From Patescibacteria group bacterium (lineage in GTDB: Bacteria; Patescibacteriota; Microgenomatia; UBA12405), in the NCBI GenBank assembly GCA_018902845.1, contig JAHIPV010000013.1, positions 18,766 to 82,765 on the forward strand: 64,000 nucleotides of DNA, in the 5' to 3' direction. Every line of letters starts with the position of its first letter. Position 1 is the first letter of the stretch. The position numbers were made by a program, and so were the translations under genes. Below are positions 7,852 through 18,001 of the stretch, one piece after another. Under the pieces are notes generated by a model that was not told where the DNA came from, did no database searches, and worked only from the letters and a program-made list of their open reading frames with translations.

Positions 7852-9564
7852 ATGCGTTATTCCAACTTATTTGGCAAAACAAAAAAAGAAACTGCTAAAC
7901 AAGCCAAATTAAAAAGTCACCAGTTTTTACTTCGCGCTGGTTTTATAAATCAAACTGCCGCCGGATTATATAGTTTTTTGCCCCTAGGTTTCAAGGTACT
8001 CAGCAAAATAGATGCAATCGTAAAACAGGAATTAGCCAAAGAAAACGTTCAGCATCTGCTAATGCCCTATGTTTCACCAGCCAGCTTGTGGCAGGAAACA
8101 GGTCGTTACGACAAGATGGATTCAGTTTTGGCCAAATTTACTTCCAAAAGAGGTCAGGATCTTGTTTTGTCTCCTACTCATGAAGAAATTATCACTGATT
8201 TAGTCAGAAAATACGTTCAATCATACAAAGATTTACCTCTCATATTAAACCACAATCAACTGAAATTTAGAGACGAAATTAGAGCTTTTGGGGGACTGGT
8301 TCGCACCAGGGAGTTTCTTATGCAAGATGCTTATACTTTTGACACCAGCGCAAAGGGACTTTCAAAAAGCTTTGACGCCGTAGTCAGAGCCTACAAAAAC
8401 ATTTTCAAACAACTTGAAATTGAGGCCGTTGAAATAGAAGCAGATAGTGGAACAATGGGTGGGTCCGATTCACACGAGTTTGTGATCATTGCTAATGTTG
8501 GCGAAGATCTGGTTTTACAATGTTCCGATTGTAACTATAAGGCCAATGTTGAAAAAGCGGAGTTTGAAAGAGAAAAAATTAATTTAGATGAAAAAATAGA
8601 AGTTTTTAAAATAATTGATCAGCCGGAGTGGGTTTGTACTATGCAAGATAATGTTAAGCATTACAGGAAACCTTTATGGCGTTATCTAAAAAACGTAGTT
8701 TACAAAGACCAAGATGAAAATATTATTATAGCTTCTATTCGCGGCGACCAAGAAGTAAATGAAGCCAAGCTAATGCAAGCTACGGGCGTTCAAAGCATAG
8801 AACCTGCCACTGATAATGACCTAAAAAATATGGGAACTAGACCCGGTTGGGTTCATTCTTGGGGACACAAAAATGTAATTTATATTGGTGATTATGGCTT
8901 AAAAATGGTCCGTAATTTTATTGGCGGTCAAAAAGAAAAAGACACTGATTCTGTCAATGTTAATTATGGTCGGGATTTTGAGTACAAATTATTGGCAGAC
9001 ATTGTCAATGCCAAGGAAAACGATTTGTGTGCTAAGTGTAAAAAAGGCAAATTAAAAGAAAAAAGAGGAATAGAAATAGCTCACGCTTTTAAATTGGGAA
9101 CTTGTTATTCAAATTCAATGAACGCAAAGTATTTGGATAAAAACGGAAAACTCCAATTAATCCACATGGGGAGTTATGGCTTTGGTGTTTCAAGAGCGGT
9201 AGCAGTTGTGGCAGAGGTACACAACGATGATAATGGTATAGTCTGGCCCAAAACTGTTACTCCTTATCATGTTCACTTGATAGTCTTGGATACATCAGAC
9301 GGAAAAATCTTTAAACAGGCCCAAAAGCTTTATGAAGATCTAAAATCACAAAACATCGACGTCTTGTTTGACGAAAGAAAAGATGTCTCTGCTGGTTCAA
9401 AATTTGCCGATGCAGATTTAATTGGTATTCCAATCAGGTTAGTTGTCAGCAAAAAAAGCCTAAAAAACGGCGGAATTGAATTTAAATTGAGAAATTCAGG
9501 AAAAATTGAAATTATAAAAATTTCAGAATTAGAAAAAAGAATCAAAGATTTTTACAAAATCTAA
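7852..9564 (+). CDS. proS: Prolyl-tRNA synthetase (bacterial type with INS editing domain)
   Basis: Class II aaRS motifs and ProRS-specific segments (FLLRAGFINQ.., SPTHEEI, RTREFLMQDAYTF). ATG 7852 chosen, preceded by GAGG; a TTG at 7834 is possible. Confidence 0.9.
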   Translation: MRYSNLFGKTKKETAKQAKLKSHQFLLRAGFINQTAAGLYSFLPLGFKVLSKIDAIVKQELAKENVQHLLMPYVSPASLWQETGRYDKMDSVLAKFTSKRGQDLVLSPTHEEIITDLVRKYVQSYKDLPLILNHNQLKFRDEIRAFGGLVRTREFLMQDAYTFDTSAKGLSKSFDAVVRAYKNIFKQLEIEAVEIEADSGTMGGSDSHEFVIIANVGEDLVLQCSDCNYKANVEKAEFEREKINLDEKIEVFKIIDQPEWVCTMQDNVKHYRKPLWRYLKNVVYKDQDENIIIASIRGDQEVNEAKLMQATGVQSIEPATDNDLKNMGTRPGWVHSWGHKNVIYIGDYGLKMVRNFIGGQKEKDTDSVNVNYGRDFEYKLLADIVNAKENDLCAKCKKGKLKEKRGIEIAHAFKLGTCYSNSMNAKYLDKNGKLQLIHMGSYGFGVSRAVAVVAEVHNDDNGIVWPKTVTPYHVHLIVLDTSDGKIFKQAQKLYEDLKSQNIDVLFDERKDVSAGSKFADADLIGIPIRLVVSKKSLKNGGIEFKLRNSGKIEIIKISELEKRIKDFYKI

Positions 9565-9620
9565 ACAGAGATCATCAACCTCCATATTTCTTATGACCAC
9601 ATCTGTTATATACTCTTTAT

Positions 9621-11711
9621 ATGGCAAAGCGACGCCGTGGGCGAAAAAAAATCAAAAATACACTGGGAATTAGGTTAAAACCTAAAACCGTCAAGTCTGT
9701 TTTTTTTATTTTCTTTTTACTTTTAACCATCATATCAATCTTTTCCTTTCTTCAGTCAACCCCTTCTTTGATTATGATTAATAAGTCTCTTATTTCCTAT
9801 TTTGGTCTTGTCTCTCTCATGCTTCCTTTTCTTTTTTTACTTTTAGCCTTTTCTTTTATCAAGGTTAAAACTCCACTTAAAGAGCCAAGCGTTTTTTTTG
9901 GTTTCCTTATTGTTTTCATCTCAATTCTGGCACTTACAAAACAAGGACTTTTTGGTAAATTTTTGTGGGAACAAGTATCTTTTCTCTTCACTCAATTTCC
10001 CGCTTTTTTAATTTTTCTAGCCACCCTTGTTGTCGGTTTTGTCGTACTTTTTGATACTTCCATTGCTCAGATCATCAAAAATGTTGGTGAAATTTTATTT
10101 CTTATCAAAAAATATACCCTTGGCCAGACTAAAAAAACAAAAAGCAAAAAAAGCAAAACGGGAGAAACCGTATATATTCAAGAAGAACCAAAAGAAGAAA
10201 AGAAAACAACCGAAGAAAACGTTCCTGTTTCAACAAAACCCGTAGAACTGATTAATCCTGCTTCTAGCAAACCACTTAGTTCCTCTTCAAATCAAATTTG
10301 GGAATATCCATCAATAGATGTTTTTGATGATAATCCTGGCAAAAAAGCGGACAGGGGAGACGTTCGCAAAAATGCCGAGATTATAGAACAAACTCTTGAT
10401 TCTTTTGGAATTACAGCTAGGGTTGCAGAAGTAAACAACAGTCCTTCGGTTACTCAGTATGCGCTGCAAGTTGCGCTAGGAACAAAATTGGCCAAAATCG
10501 TTAACCTGGGCAACGATTTAGCCATGGCATTAGCAGCTCCGGGAGGTCAAATAAGAATAGAAGCGCCAATTCCGGGTCGTTCGCTTGTCGGTATTGAGGT
10601 GCCAAACAGATCTCTTCAAATCGTTCCTGTTAGAAAAATATTGGAAGATGATGAGATCAAAAATGCTAAATCAAAAATTATAGTACCACTTGGTCTTAGT
10701 GTTTCCGGTAAGGTCCAGTTTGCTGACATTGCTCAAATGCCACACGTTCTTATAGCAGGTCAAACAGGTTCAGGGAAATCTATTTGTATTAATTCTTGGA
10801 TCAGTACTCTTTTATTTAGGGCTTCCCCTGATGAACTCAGGCTTATAATGGTTGACCCCAAAAGAGTTGAGCTCACTCCATATAATGGAATACCACATTT
10901 ACTCACTCCGGTTATCGTCGATCCCGACAAGGTCGTCTCAGCATTAAAATGGGCTGTCACCGAGATGGAAAATCGCTACAAAGTATTTGCTGAAGTTGGA
11001 GCAAAAAATATTAGCTCTTACAACGATATGGCAGGCTTCCAAAGCCTCCCCTATGTTTTAATCATTATCGACGAATTGGCAGATATAATGCTTTTTTCTC
11101 CGGCCGAAGTAGAAGATTGTATTTGTCGTATCGCTCAAATGGCCCGAGCTGTCGGCATCCATTTGATTTTGGCTACTCAAAGACCGTCTGTCGACATTTT
11201 AACCGGTCTTATTAAGGCCAATATTCCAACCCGTGTTGCATTTGCCGTTTCCTCTATGACAGACTCCAGGGTCATCTTAGACACTCCTGGGGCAGAAAAA
11301 CTTCTTGGCAGAGGAGACATGCTCTATATTCCTCCCGAGTTAGCCAAGCCACTTCGTATTCAAGGGTGTTTTGTATCAGATAAAGAAATAAAAAAACTAA
11401 TAGACCATCTCCAATCTCAAAAAAATGTTGATTACGATGACCAAATTATAAACCAGCCAATTTCTGCTGGAAGCTCAAGCAAAAATTTAGTTTCCGTAAG
11501 CGGAGAAGAAAAAGACGTAAAATTTGACGATGCCATCGCTATAATCAAAAGTAGTGGCAAGGCCTCGGCCTCTTTACTCCAAAGGCAACTCAAACTTGGC
11601 TATGCCCGTGCTGCCAGAATACTTGATCAATTGGAAGTCGCCGGTATTGTTGGTCCTGTCAATGGTTCTAAACCTCGTGAAATATTTGCGAGTAAATTGT
11701 CGGATCAGTAA
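9621..11711 (+). CDS. ftsK: DNA translocase FtsK/SpoIIIE
   Basis: N-terminal TM segments, HVLIAGQTGSGKS Walker A, IIIDELAD Walker B and C-terminal gamma wHTH domain (LLQRQLKLGYARAARILDQLEVAGIVGP). Confidence 0.9.
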   Translation: MAKRRRGRKKIKNTLGIRLKPKTVKSVFFIFFLLLTIISIFSFLQSTPSLIMINKSLISYFGLVSLMLPFLFLLLAFSFIKVKTPLKEPSVFFGFLIVFISILALTKQGLFGKFLWEQVSFLFTQFPAFLIFLATLVVGFVVLFDTSIAQIIKNVGEILFLIKKYTLGQTKKTKSKKSKTGETVYIQEEPKEEKKTTEENVPVSTKPVELINPASSKPLSSSSNQIWEYPSIDVFDDNPGKKADRGDVRKNAEIIEQTLDSFGITARVAEVNNSPSVTQYALQVALGTKLAKIVNLGNDLAMALAAPGGQIRIEAPIPGRSLVGIEVPNRSLQIVPVRKILEDDEIKNAKSKIIVPLGLSVSGKVQFADIAQMPHVLIAGQTGSGKSICINSWISTLLFRASPDELRLIMVDPKRVELTPYNGIPHLLTPVIVDPDKVVSALKWAVTEMENRYKVFAEVGAKNISSYNDMAGFQSLPYVLIIIDELADIMLFSPAEVEDCICRIAQMARAVGIHLILATQRPSVDILTGLIKANIPTRVAFAVSSMTDSRVILDTPGAEKLLGRGDMLYIPPELAKPLRIQGCFVSDKEIKKLIDHLQSQKNVDYDDQIINQPISAGSSSKNLVSVSGEEKDVKFDDAIAIIKSSGKASASLLQRQLKLGYARAARILDQLEVAGIVGPVNGSKPREIFASKLSDQ

Positions 11712-11769
11712 GAGACTATAGGTACATTTGCTTGTTGTCCTAATTTGTTTAAAAATTTTTATAAATTTC

Positions 11770-12378
11770 ATGTTTCAAGCCTCATCAATTCTCAAAAACG
11801 CCAGGGAAGACAGAGAATTAAGTTTAAAAGAAGTTTCTGAGAAGCTAAAAATTCCGGAAAAATACCTAAAAGCAATAGAAGAAGCTGATTTCAAAAATTA
11901 TCCCAAACAACCATATTGCTCTCTTTTTGTTAAAGAATACGCCGATCTTTTTGGTTTAAACAGCAAAAATATATTGTCTTTTTTTAGAAGGGATTCTTAT
12001 CAACCACAAACCAAAACAAATGTTTCCAAAAATCAAAATCCAAAATTTTTTATTACTCCCCAAAAAGTATTTTCTTTCTCTGCTATTTTTGTTGTTATTT
12101 TTCTGTCTTTATACTTAGTTGTCCAGTATCTTAGTTTTAATCGCCCTCCTAAACTTTCAGTAAATTGGCCCGACAAAGAATCCATCCGGTCCAACCAAAC
12201 GATTATAACCGGCCAAACTGATCCGGAAGCAACAGTCCGTATCAACGATGACTTGATAATAACCGACGACATGGGAAACTTTTCAAAAAAAGTTGACTTA
12301 ACCGACAACCAGGACAAAATTACAATTACTTCCACCTCTCATTCGGGAAAGAGCAACACAAAAGAAATGATTTACTAA
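11770..12378 (+). CDS. HTH (XRE-type) membrane protein, RodZ-like
   Basis: N-terminal HTH (SILKNAREDRELSLKEVSEKLKIPEKYLKAIEE), one TM, then an extracellular C-terminal region. Start placed at the internal ATG. Confidence 0.55.
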   Translation: MFQASSILKNAREDRELSLKEVSEKLKIPEKYLKAIEEADFKNYPKQPYCSLFVKEYADLFGLNSKNILSFFRRDSYQPQTKTNVSKNQNPKFFITPQKVFSFSAIFVVIFLSLYLVVQYLSFNRPPKLSVNWPDKESIRSNQTIITGQTDPEATVRINDDLIITDDMGNFSKKVDLTDNQDKITITSTSHSGKSNTKEMIY

Positions 12379-12420
12379 ACTCACTTGCTTTTTTATTTTT
12401 TTTTACTTTATACTAATTTA

Positions 12421-12666
12421 ATGGATCCAACTCAACTTGTACTGACAATCAGTATTGCAATCATAACAATCATTCTTGCAACCATTGGCATCTATTTGAT
12501 AAAAATTCTTAAAGAAATCAAGATCACTATATCCAAAACAAATCTAATACTTGACGACACCCAAATTATAACTTCTTCTATAGCCCAGCCGGTTTCTACT
12601 TTTGCCGAATTTTTTTCTGGACTTCGTGACGGTGTCCAGGCTTTAAGTAATTTGTTCAATAAATAA
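12421..12666 (+). CDS. DUF948-family small membrane protein (YtxG-like)
   Basis: TM helix followed by a coiled-coil-like region, similar to DUF948. Adjacent to a YtxH-like gene as in the Bacillus ytxGH operon. Confidence 0.45.
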   Translation: MDPTQLVLTISIAIITIILATIGIYLIKILKEIKITISKTNLILDDTQIITSSIAQPVSTFAEFFSGLRDGVQALSNLFNK

Positions 12667-12956
12667 TGCATCGCGACAACAATCAACAGTCCCACTCTTC
12701 TGGTTTTCTTTTAGGGTTGGTTTTTGGCCTTATCATTGCCGCCATACTAGCCATAATTATTTACAAAAAAGACAAAGATAAAACTCTAAGGCAACTCAAA
12801 AAAGAATTAGAAAAATATTTCAAAAAATATATCAAATTGCCAAATTCTTTCAACAAGCCTAATTCTAAATCCAAACCCAAGAAATCAATTTCCGCCACCA
12901 CCACAACCCGCCGTTCTCGTTCTCGTCCCAAAAAATTCAAAGGCCTAAAAAAGTAA
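12666..12956 (+). CDS. YtxH-like small membrane protein
   Basis: SGFLLGLVFGLIIAAILAIIIY motif typical of the YtxH family, with a basic C-terminal tail. Confidence 0.5.
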   Translation: MHRDNNQQSHSSGFLLGLVFGLIIAAILAIIIYKKDKDKTLRQLKKELEKYFKKYIKLPNSFNKPNSKSKPKKSISATTTTRRSRSRPKKFKGLKK

Positions 12957-13002
12957 CCACTCAAAATCTAACCAATCTCGTCTTTTGTAATATAATACCT
13001 TC

Positions 13003-14790
13003 ATGACGCCACGAAAACTAAAAGACAAATTTATCGAGTTTTTTCTTTCAAAAAATCACCAAGAAATCCCATCAAGTAGCTTAGTTCCCGAAAACGACCC
13101 AACTACTCTTTTTGTTTCAGCCGGTATTCAGCCGTTAGCTCCATATTTTTTAGGCAAAAAACATCCGGTAGGCTCAAGGTTAGTTAATGTGCAGAAATGT
13201 GTTCGTACCTGTGATATTGACTTAGTAGGGGACGCTTTTCATCACACCTTTTTTGAAATGCTGGGTAACTGGTCTTTGGGAGATTATTTCAAAAAAGAGA
13301 TGATTCCCTGGAGTTTTGAATTTTTAACCAAAGAGTTAAACATCAACGCCGACCATTTATACGCTACCTGTTTTGCCGGCGACAAAGATGCGCCAAAAGA
13401 TAATGTCAGCGCAAATTTTTGGCAAAAACTTGGTATTCCCAAAAAAAGAATTCACTTTTTACCCAAAAAAGAAAACTGGTGGGGTCCTGCTGGTACTACT
13501 GGTCCTTGTGGTCCAGATAGCGAAATGTTTGTTGATATTAGTCCCAACTCTCCGCCAATAGATTTCAAAAAAGGTTGTGATTCCGGTCGTTTTAGAGAAA
13601 TTTGGAACGACGTATTTATCCAATATCTAAAAAACGAAAAAGGAAAATTTGAAAAACTTGTTCAAAACAACATTGATACGGGTATGGGAGTGGAAAGGAA
13701 CATTGCTATATTAAATAGTTTTACTGATCACTACTTAACCGTTATCTGGCAACCAATTATCAAAAAAATAGAAGAAATCTCTGGGGAAAAATATACAACT
13801 GACAATATCCGTCCAATGCGCATTATTGCCGATCATCTTCGTTCTGCCGTTTTTATTATTGCAGATGGTATGCAGCCATCGAACAAAGAAGCTGGTTATG
13901 TTTTACGACGCCTTATCAGAAGGGCAGTCAGACAAGCAAAACTAATTGGCATTGAAAATAATTTTACAGAAAAAATCGGACAAACTGTACTGAATAATCA
14001 GAACAATTATGCCGGCATTTATCCGGAATTAAATCAAAACGCAGATTTAATTTTAGCTACTTTAGAAAATGAAGAAAACAAATTTAGAAAAACACTAAAC
14101 AAAGGCTTGCGTCAAATTCAAAAAATGATATCTTCTGATAAAAAGATAACCGGAAAAGATGCTTTTGATTTATATCAAAACTATGGCTTCCCCTGTGAGA
14201 TGACCAAAGAAGAACTGGAAAAACATGGACTAAAATTTAGTTCAAAAGAATACAAAGAATTTTGTTCGTGTAATTCAGACCACCAAGCAAAGTCTCGCAC
14301 TTTATCAGTAGGAAAATTTAAAAGCGGCTTAGCAGATAATTCAGAAATTATCACTAAATATCACACAACTACTCATCTTCTTAATTCAGCCTTGCGCCAG
14401 GTATTGGGTGATCATGTTTGGCAAGCTGGGTCAAACATCACAAAAGAAAGACTACGTTTTGATTTCGTTCACCAAGACAAATTAACTGACAAAGAAAAAC
14501 AACAAACAGAAGATCTGGTTAATGAAAAAATAAAGAAAGCCCTTCCTGTTTCCTGTCAGACAATGAATATTACTGACGTCAAAAATAACAGTTCAATTGT
14601 TGCAATTTTTGGAGCTAAATATCCTGACAAAGTAACTGTTTATACAATCGGAAATCTCAAAAAATCTTTTTCTAAAGAAGTTTGTACCGGTCCTCATGTA
14701 AAAAATACTTCAGAATTGGGCAGTTTTTGTATTCTTAAAGAAGAATCATGCGGTTCCGGCCGTCGCCGCATCTACGCCAAGCTAATGTAA
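13003..14790 (+). CDS. alaS: Alanyl-tRNA synthetase, shortened form (595 aa; lacks C-Ala domain and beta-barrel linker)
   Basis: Catalytic motifs (FVSAGIQP.., HHTFFEMLGNWSLGDYFK, GPCGPDSEMF) and editing motifs (HTTTHLL at about 454-458, CTGPHV at about 567). About 280 aa shorter than canonical AlaRS. Confidence 0.9.
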   Translation: MTPRKLKDKFIEFFLSKNHQEIPSSSLVPENDPTTLFVSAGIQPLAPYFLGKKHPVGSRLVNVQKCVRTCDIDLVGDAFHHTFFEMLGNWSLGDYFKKEMIPWSFEFLTKELNINADHLYATCFAGDKDAPKDNVSANFWQKLGIPKKRIHFLPKKENWWGPAGTTGPCGPDSEMFVDISPNSPPIDFKKGCDSGRFREIWNDVFIQYLKNEKGKFEKLVQNNIDTGMGVERNIAILNSFTDHYLTVIWQPIIKKIEEISGEKYTTDNIRPMRIIADHLRSAVFIIADGMQPSNKEAGYVLRRLIRRAVRQAKLIGIENNFTEKIGQTVLNNQNNYAGIYPELNQNADLILATLENEENKFRKTLNKGLRQIQKMISSDKKITGKDAFDLYQNYGFPCEMTKEELEKHGLKFSSKEYKEFCSCNSDHQAKSRTLSVGKFKSGLADNSEIITKYHTTTHLLNSALRQVLGDHVWQAGSNITKERLRFDFVHQDKLTDKEKQQTEDLVNEKIKKALPVSCQTMNITDVKNNSSIVAIFGAKYPDKVTVYTIGNLKKSFSKEVCTGPHVKNTSELGSFCILKEESCGSGRRRIYAKLM

Positions 14791-14796
14791 CCAATC

Positions 14797-15033
14797 TTAA
14801 TCACTATCAGAAGCAACTTCATCCCGCACTATTTCCACTCGAACTCCAGTTCCTTGACCTATTGTAATCCCCCTGCCGGGAACATCGGTGACGATCTCAA
14901 GCGACAGAAGGTCCTCTCTCGCCTCTTTCGCTCTGTGGACCCTGATTGTTACAGTCTCTCCTCTGGTAATACCCTGAACACTCATATAAACATCTCTGGC
15001 AACCTCTTTAGCTGTTTGGTTATCTACTTTCAT
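14797..15033 (-). CDS. Small hypothetical protein (78 aa), GC-rich relative to surroundings, antisense to neighbours
   Basis: Start MKVDNQ.. lies 12 nt downstream of a TATAAT -10 (minus strand, + coords 15046-15051). Gene sequence about 50% GC. No family recognised. Confidence 0.4.
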   Translation of the reverse strand: MKVDNQTAKEVARDVYMSVQGITRGETVTIRVHRAKEAREDLLSLEIVTDVPGRGITIGQGTGVRVEIVRDEVASDSD

Positions 15034-15194
15034 ACCTATAACATCATTATAATACAAATCGAACAGCAGCTCAAGCACTGGCTAGATTTGTTTTGTTTTA
15101 GATACTTTTTTGTCTCTCGTAATAATATAGCAGGATTATTTGGAAGTTTAGATATTAGATTTCAAATCTACTTACAATGTTGTATTCTTAATTA

Positions 15195-17249
15195 ATGAAA
15201 CAAAAGAATACAAACAGGTTTTGGCTTCTTAATATCAAAGATACACATCTCTCGGTTTCTTTAGTTTTTGTTTCAGAAGTCATGTCCGATGGAATTCTCT
15301 CAAGCCATAAGCAGGAGTGGAAAGAAGAAGATTTCATAAATTCTGTCGATATTTGCGTTTCTGATTGTTTAAGGCAGGATTCTTCCCCAGAAATTGACCA
15401 AACAGACTCGATCGCCTTTATTCTTCCACCTGACTGGGTCGCCAGCGACGGAAAGATAATCGATGATAAACAAAAATTAATCAAATCTCTTTGTAAAAAG
15501 ATGGACCTTAAACCAATGGGTTTTCTGGCAAGCAACGAGGCTATAGTTGAAGAATTAAATCATAAAGAAGGATCTCCTGTTAGCCTAATTTTAATCAACA
15601 TAGAAAACAATATTGCTGACTTTTCTATAGTTTATTCGGGAAAAATAAAAAACAATTTTAAAAAAACAATTTTAGAAAAATCATCTTTGCCTGCTTTGAT
15701 TGAAAATAGCCTTAGAGAATTAAATTTTGATTTTGTTCTGCCACCACAAATTCTGCTTTGGGGAGATAAGGATTTTGATTTTAGCCAAGATCTCAAAAAT
15801 TATGCCTGGACAGATAAAGAAGGAAAAAATATCTTTACCCATTTTCCCAAAATTGATTTTTACGACACTGAACAAATAAATCAATTTTTTATAAAAATCA
15901 TTACAAAACAAATTGGGTTAGACCTAGAAACCGTCAAAACCCCAAAAAACGACACTTTAAGCCAGCCTCGTTTTTCCGATTTAAAAGAAGTTGATCCCCT
16001 AAGCCTAGGTTTTGACAAAGACCACCATTCTTTACCTCCAACAAAAGAATTTTCTGAAAAAATCAAAAAACCAAAGTTTAAGTTAAAACTTTGGTTTCCT
16101 ACTTTTCCAAAATTAAAATTTCCAAAAATTTTCTCACGTTTTTCCGTTTTATTATTATTTTTCTTTTTTACAACAATTTTTCTTTTTTGGCTTTTTTCTT
16201 ATAAAAGTGTCTTGACCGTTTTTGTTACACCATATAAGTTTGATCAAAAATTGCCGTCTACTCTTGACACCTCGGCAAAAGATTTTGATCCAAATGAAAA
16301 AATTATCCCTGCCCAAGAAATAGAGATAAAATTTTCCACTTCTGCCACCGTAAAAACCACTGGACAGAAATTAGTAGGGGAAAGGGCTAGGGGGGAATTG
16401 CTTGTTTTTAACAAAACCGATCAGGACAAAACTCTACCGGCAGGTTCTATTTTAGTGGACGCCAATCAGCTGGAATTTAAACTATTAGATGATGTCAAAG
16501 TATCGTCCAGCAGTCCGGACCTCGATCAGGGAATAATAACTCTTGGTCAGGGCAAAGTAATGGCCTCTGCCGTTGATATCGGTCCGGCTGGTAATTTAAA
16601 CAAAGATACTCTTTTAACATTCAAAGAATTTCCTTCAAGCGATTTAGTTGTCAAGACAAATCAAGTTTTTGCCGGAGGAAGTAGTCGGCAGGTTAGTAGT
16701 GTTGGCAGTGAAGATAGAAAAGAGGTAAAGCAAAAAATAGACGAAAAAGTTCAAGAAATTTTACAACAAAAGAAAGACGAAAGCATCGATAAGCTTAACA
16801 ATTTACTGCCCGGAACCACATTTATAGATCAAGAAAGGATAAGTTACGATCGTGAAATAGGCGAAGAGACCGACGAACTATCGGCCTCGGTTGATATCAC
16901 CATGCATATTTTTTCAATAAATGCAAAAGTAAAAAACGACATTATAAAATACATGCTTCAGTCAAATACCGATCCGTCTACCCTTGATCTGGAAAATAGC
17001 CAATTTCAATTTGATTACAAAGATAAAAATCTTTTATTGACTGGGACATCACTGCCTAAAATAAACACTACAAACTTAGCAAAAAAATTAGTTTTAAAAA
17101 ATCCAAATAAAATTACAGAAACACTTAAGTCAGAATCCACTCGTGTATATGATTTTAATCTGCAATCCAAGCCAGCCATTTTTAAAAATTTTCCTATATT
17201 ACCAGCAAGATCAGATATGATCTATTTAGAAATTAAAACCGAAGAATAA
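15195..17249 (+). CDS. Hypothetical bitopic membrane protein (684 aa: cytoplasmic N-domain, TM at about aa 320-345, large extracytoplasmic C-domain)
   Basis: One strongly hydrophobic segment (LLLFFFFTTIFLFWLF). N-domain is weakly reminiscent of the FtsA/PilM fold. Immediately followed by a sortase gene. Confidence 0.6.
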   Translation: MKQKNTNRFWLLNIKDTHLSVSLVFVSEVMSDGILSSHKQEWKEEDFINSVDICVSDCLRQDSSPEIDQTDSIAFILPPDWVASDGKIIDDKQKLIKSLCKKMDLKPMGFLASNEAIVEELNHKEGSPVSLILINIENNIADFSIVYSGKIKNNFKKTILEKSSLPALIENSLRELNFDFVLPPQILLWGDKDFDFSQDLKNYAWTDKEGKNIFTHFPKIDFYDTEQINQFFIKIITKQIGLDLETVKTPKNDTLSQPRFSDLKEVDPLSLGFDKDHHSLPPTKEFSEKIKKPKFKLKLWFPTFPKLKFPKIFSRFSVLLLFFFFTTIFLFWLFSYKSVLTVFVTPYKFDQKLPSTLDTSAKDFDPNEKIIPAQEIEIKFSTSATVKTTGQKLVGERARGELLVFNKTDQDKTLPAGSILVDANQLEFKLLDDVKVSSSSPDLDQGIITLGQGKVMASAVDIGPAGNLNKDTLLTFKEFPSSDLVVKTNQVFAGGSSRQVSSVGSEDRKEVKQKIDEKVQEILQQKKDESIDKLNNLLPGTTFIDQERISYDREIGEETDELSASVDITMHIFSINAKVKNDIIKYMLQSNTDPSTLDLENSQFQFDYKDKNLLLTGTSLPKINTTNLAKKLVLKNPNKITETLKSESTRVYDFNLQSKPAIFKNFPILPARSDMIYLEIKTEE

Positions 17250-17250
17250 C

Positions 17251-17994
17251 TTGTCATATCTATACGTTAAGAAAATTACTCCCAAGAGTCAAAAACGGAA
17301 AAAAAAACATCACCCCAAAATAACAAAAAAAATGTTATTAGCTATTTCTTTTTTTATTTTTGGTTCTTTATTGCTTTTTTCAGTTATATTTCCAATACTT
17401 AATTTTCAGTTAAAATACTCCTCTCGTTTTAACCCGATTAGTTCCCCTCTTTCGGCAAAATTTTATAACAAAAGTTCTAGCATTTTGGGAGAGGTAAACA
17501 CTGATTACACTCAACTTAATAATTGGTTCACAAAAAATTCCAACAGCAAAGATATTGATTCCGCACCTGAACATGGTAATCCTAGCTCTTATGAACTTTC
17601 TATACCAATCCTTAAAATTGAAAATGCTAATGTGGTTGTTGGTGGAACTGACTTGAAAAAAAGTCTAATACAGTATCCACAAACAGCCTTACCCGGTCAA
17701 ATCGGTAATGCCGTAATTTTTGGCCATTCGGTCTTACCTCAATTTTTTAATCCAAAATCATATGTAACCATTTTTTCAACTCTTTTTAAGCTAAAGCAGG
17801 GAGACGAAATTTATGCTACTTTTGATAACATAAAATACAAATATTTAGTTGAAGAAATGTTTGAAATTCTACCGACAGATCTTTCCATATTAGAACAAAG
17901 ATTTGACGGTCGTTATCTAACTATTGTGACTTGTAGTCCGCCAGGAACCTATATTCGTCGCTTAATAATCAAGGCCAAAATAGTAGATATTTAA
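17251..17994 (+). CDS. Sortase-family transpeptidase
   Basis: N-terminal TM anchor, catalytic His region (IGNAVIFGHS) and TLxTC motif (LTIVTCSPPG). Confidence 0.8.
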   Translation: MSYLYVKKITPKSQKRKKKHHPKITKKMLLAISFFIFGSLLLFSVIFPILNFQLKYSSRFNPISSPLSAKFYNKSSSILGEVNTDYTQLNNWFTKNSNSKDIDSAPEHGNPSSYELSIPILKIENANVVVGGTDLKKSLIQYPQTALPGQIGNAVIFGHSVLPQFFNPKSYVTIFSTLFKLKQGDEIYATFDNIKYKYLVEEMFEILPTDLSILEQRFDGRYLTIVTCSPPGTYIRRLIIKAKIVDI

Positions 17995-18001
17995 TTATCC
18001 A

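Noticed and set aside
14790-15080. GC-rich 280-bp segment as a structured RNA gene
   Set aside because: No T-loop or other diagnostic motifs seen. The segment carries an intact 78-codon ORF with a -10 box, so it is reported as a low-confidence CDS instead.
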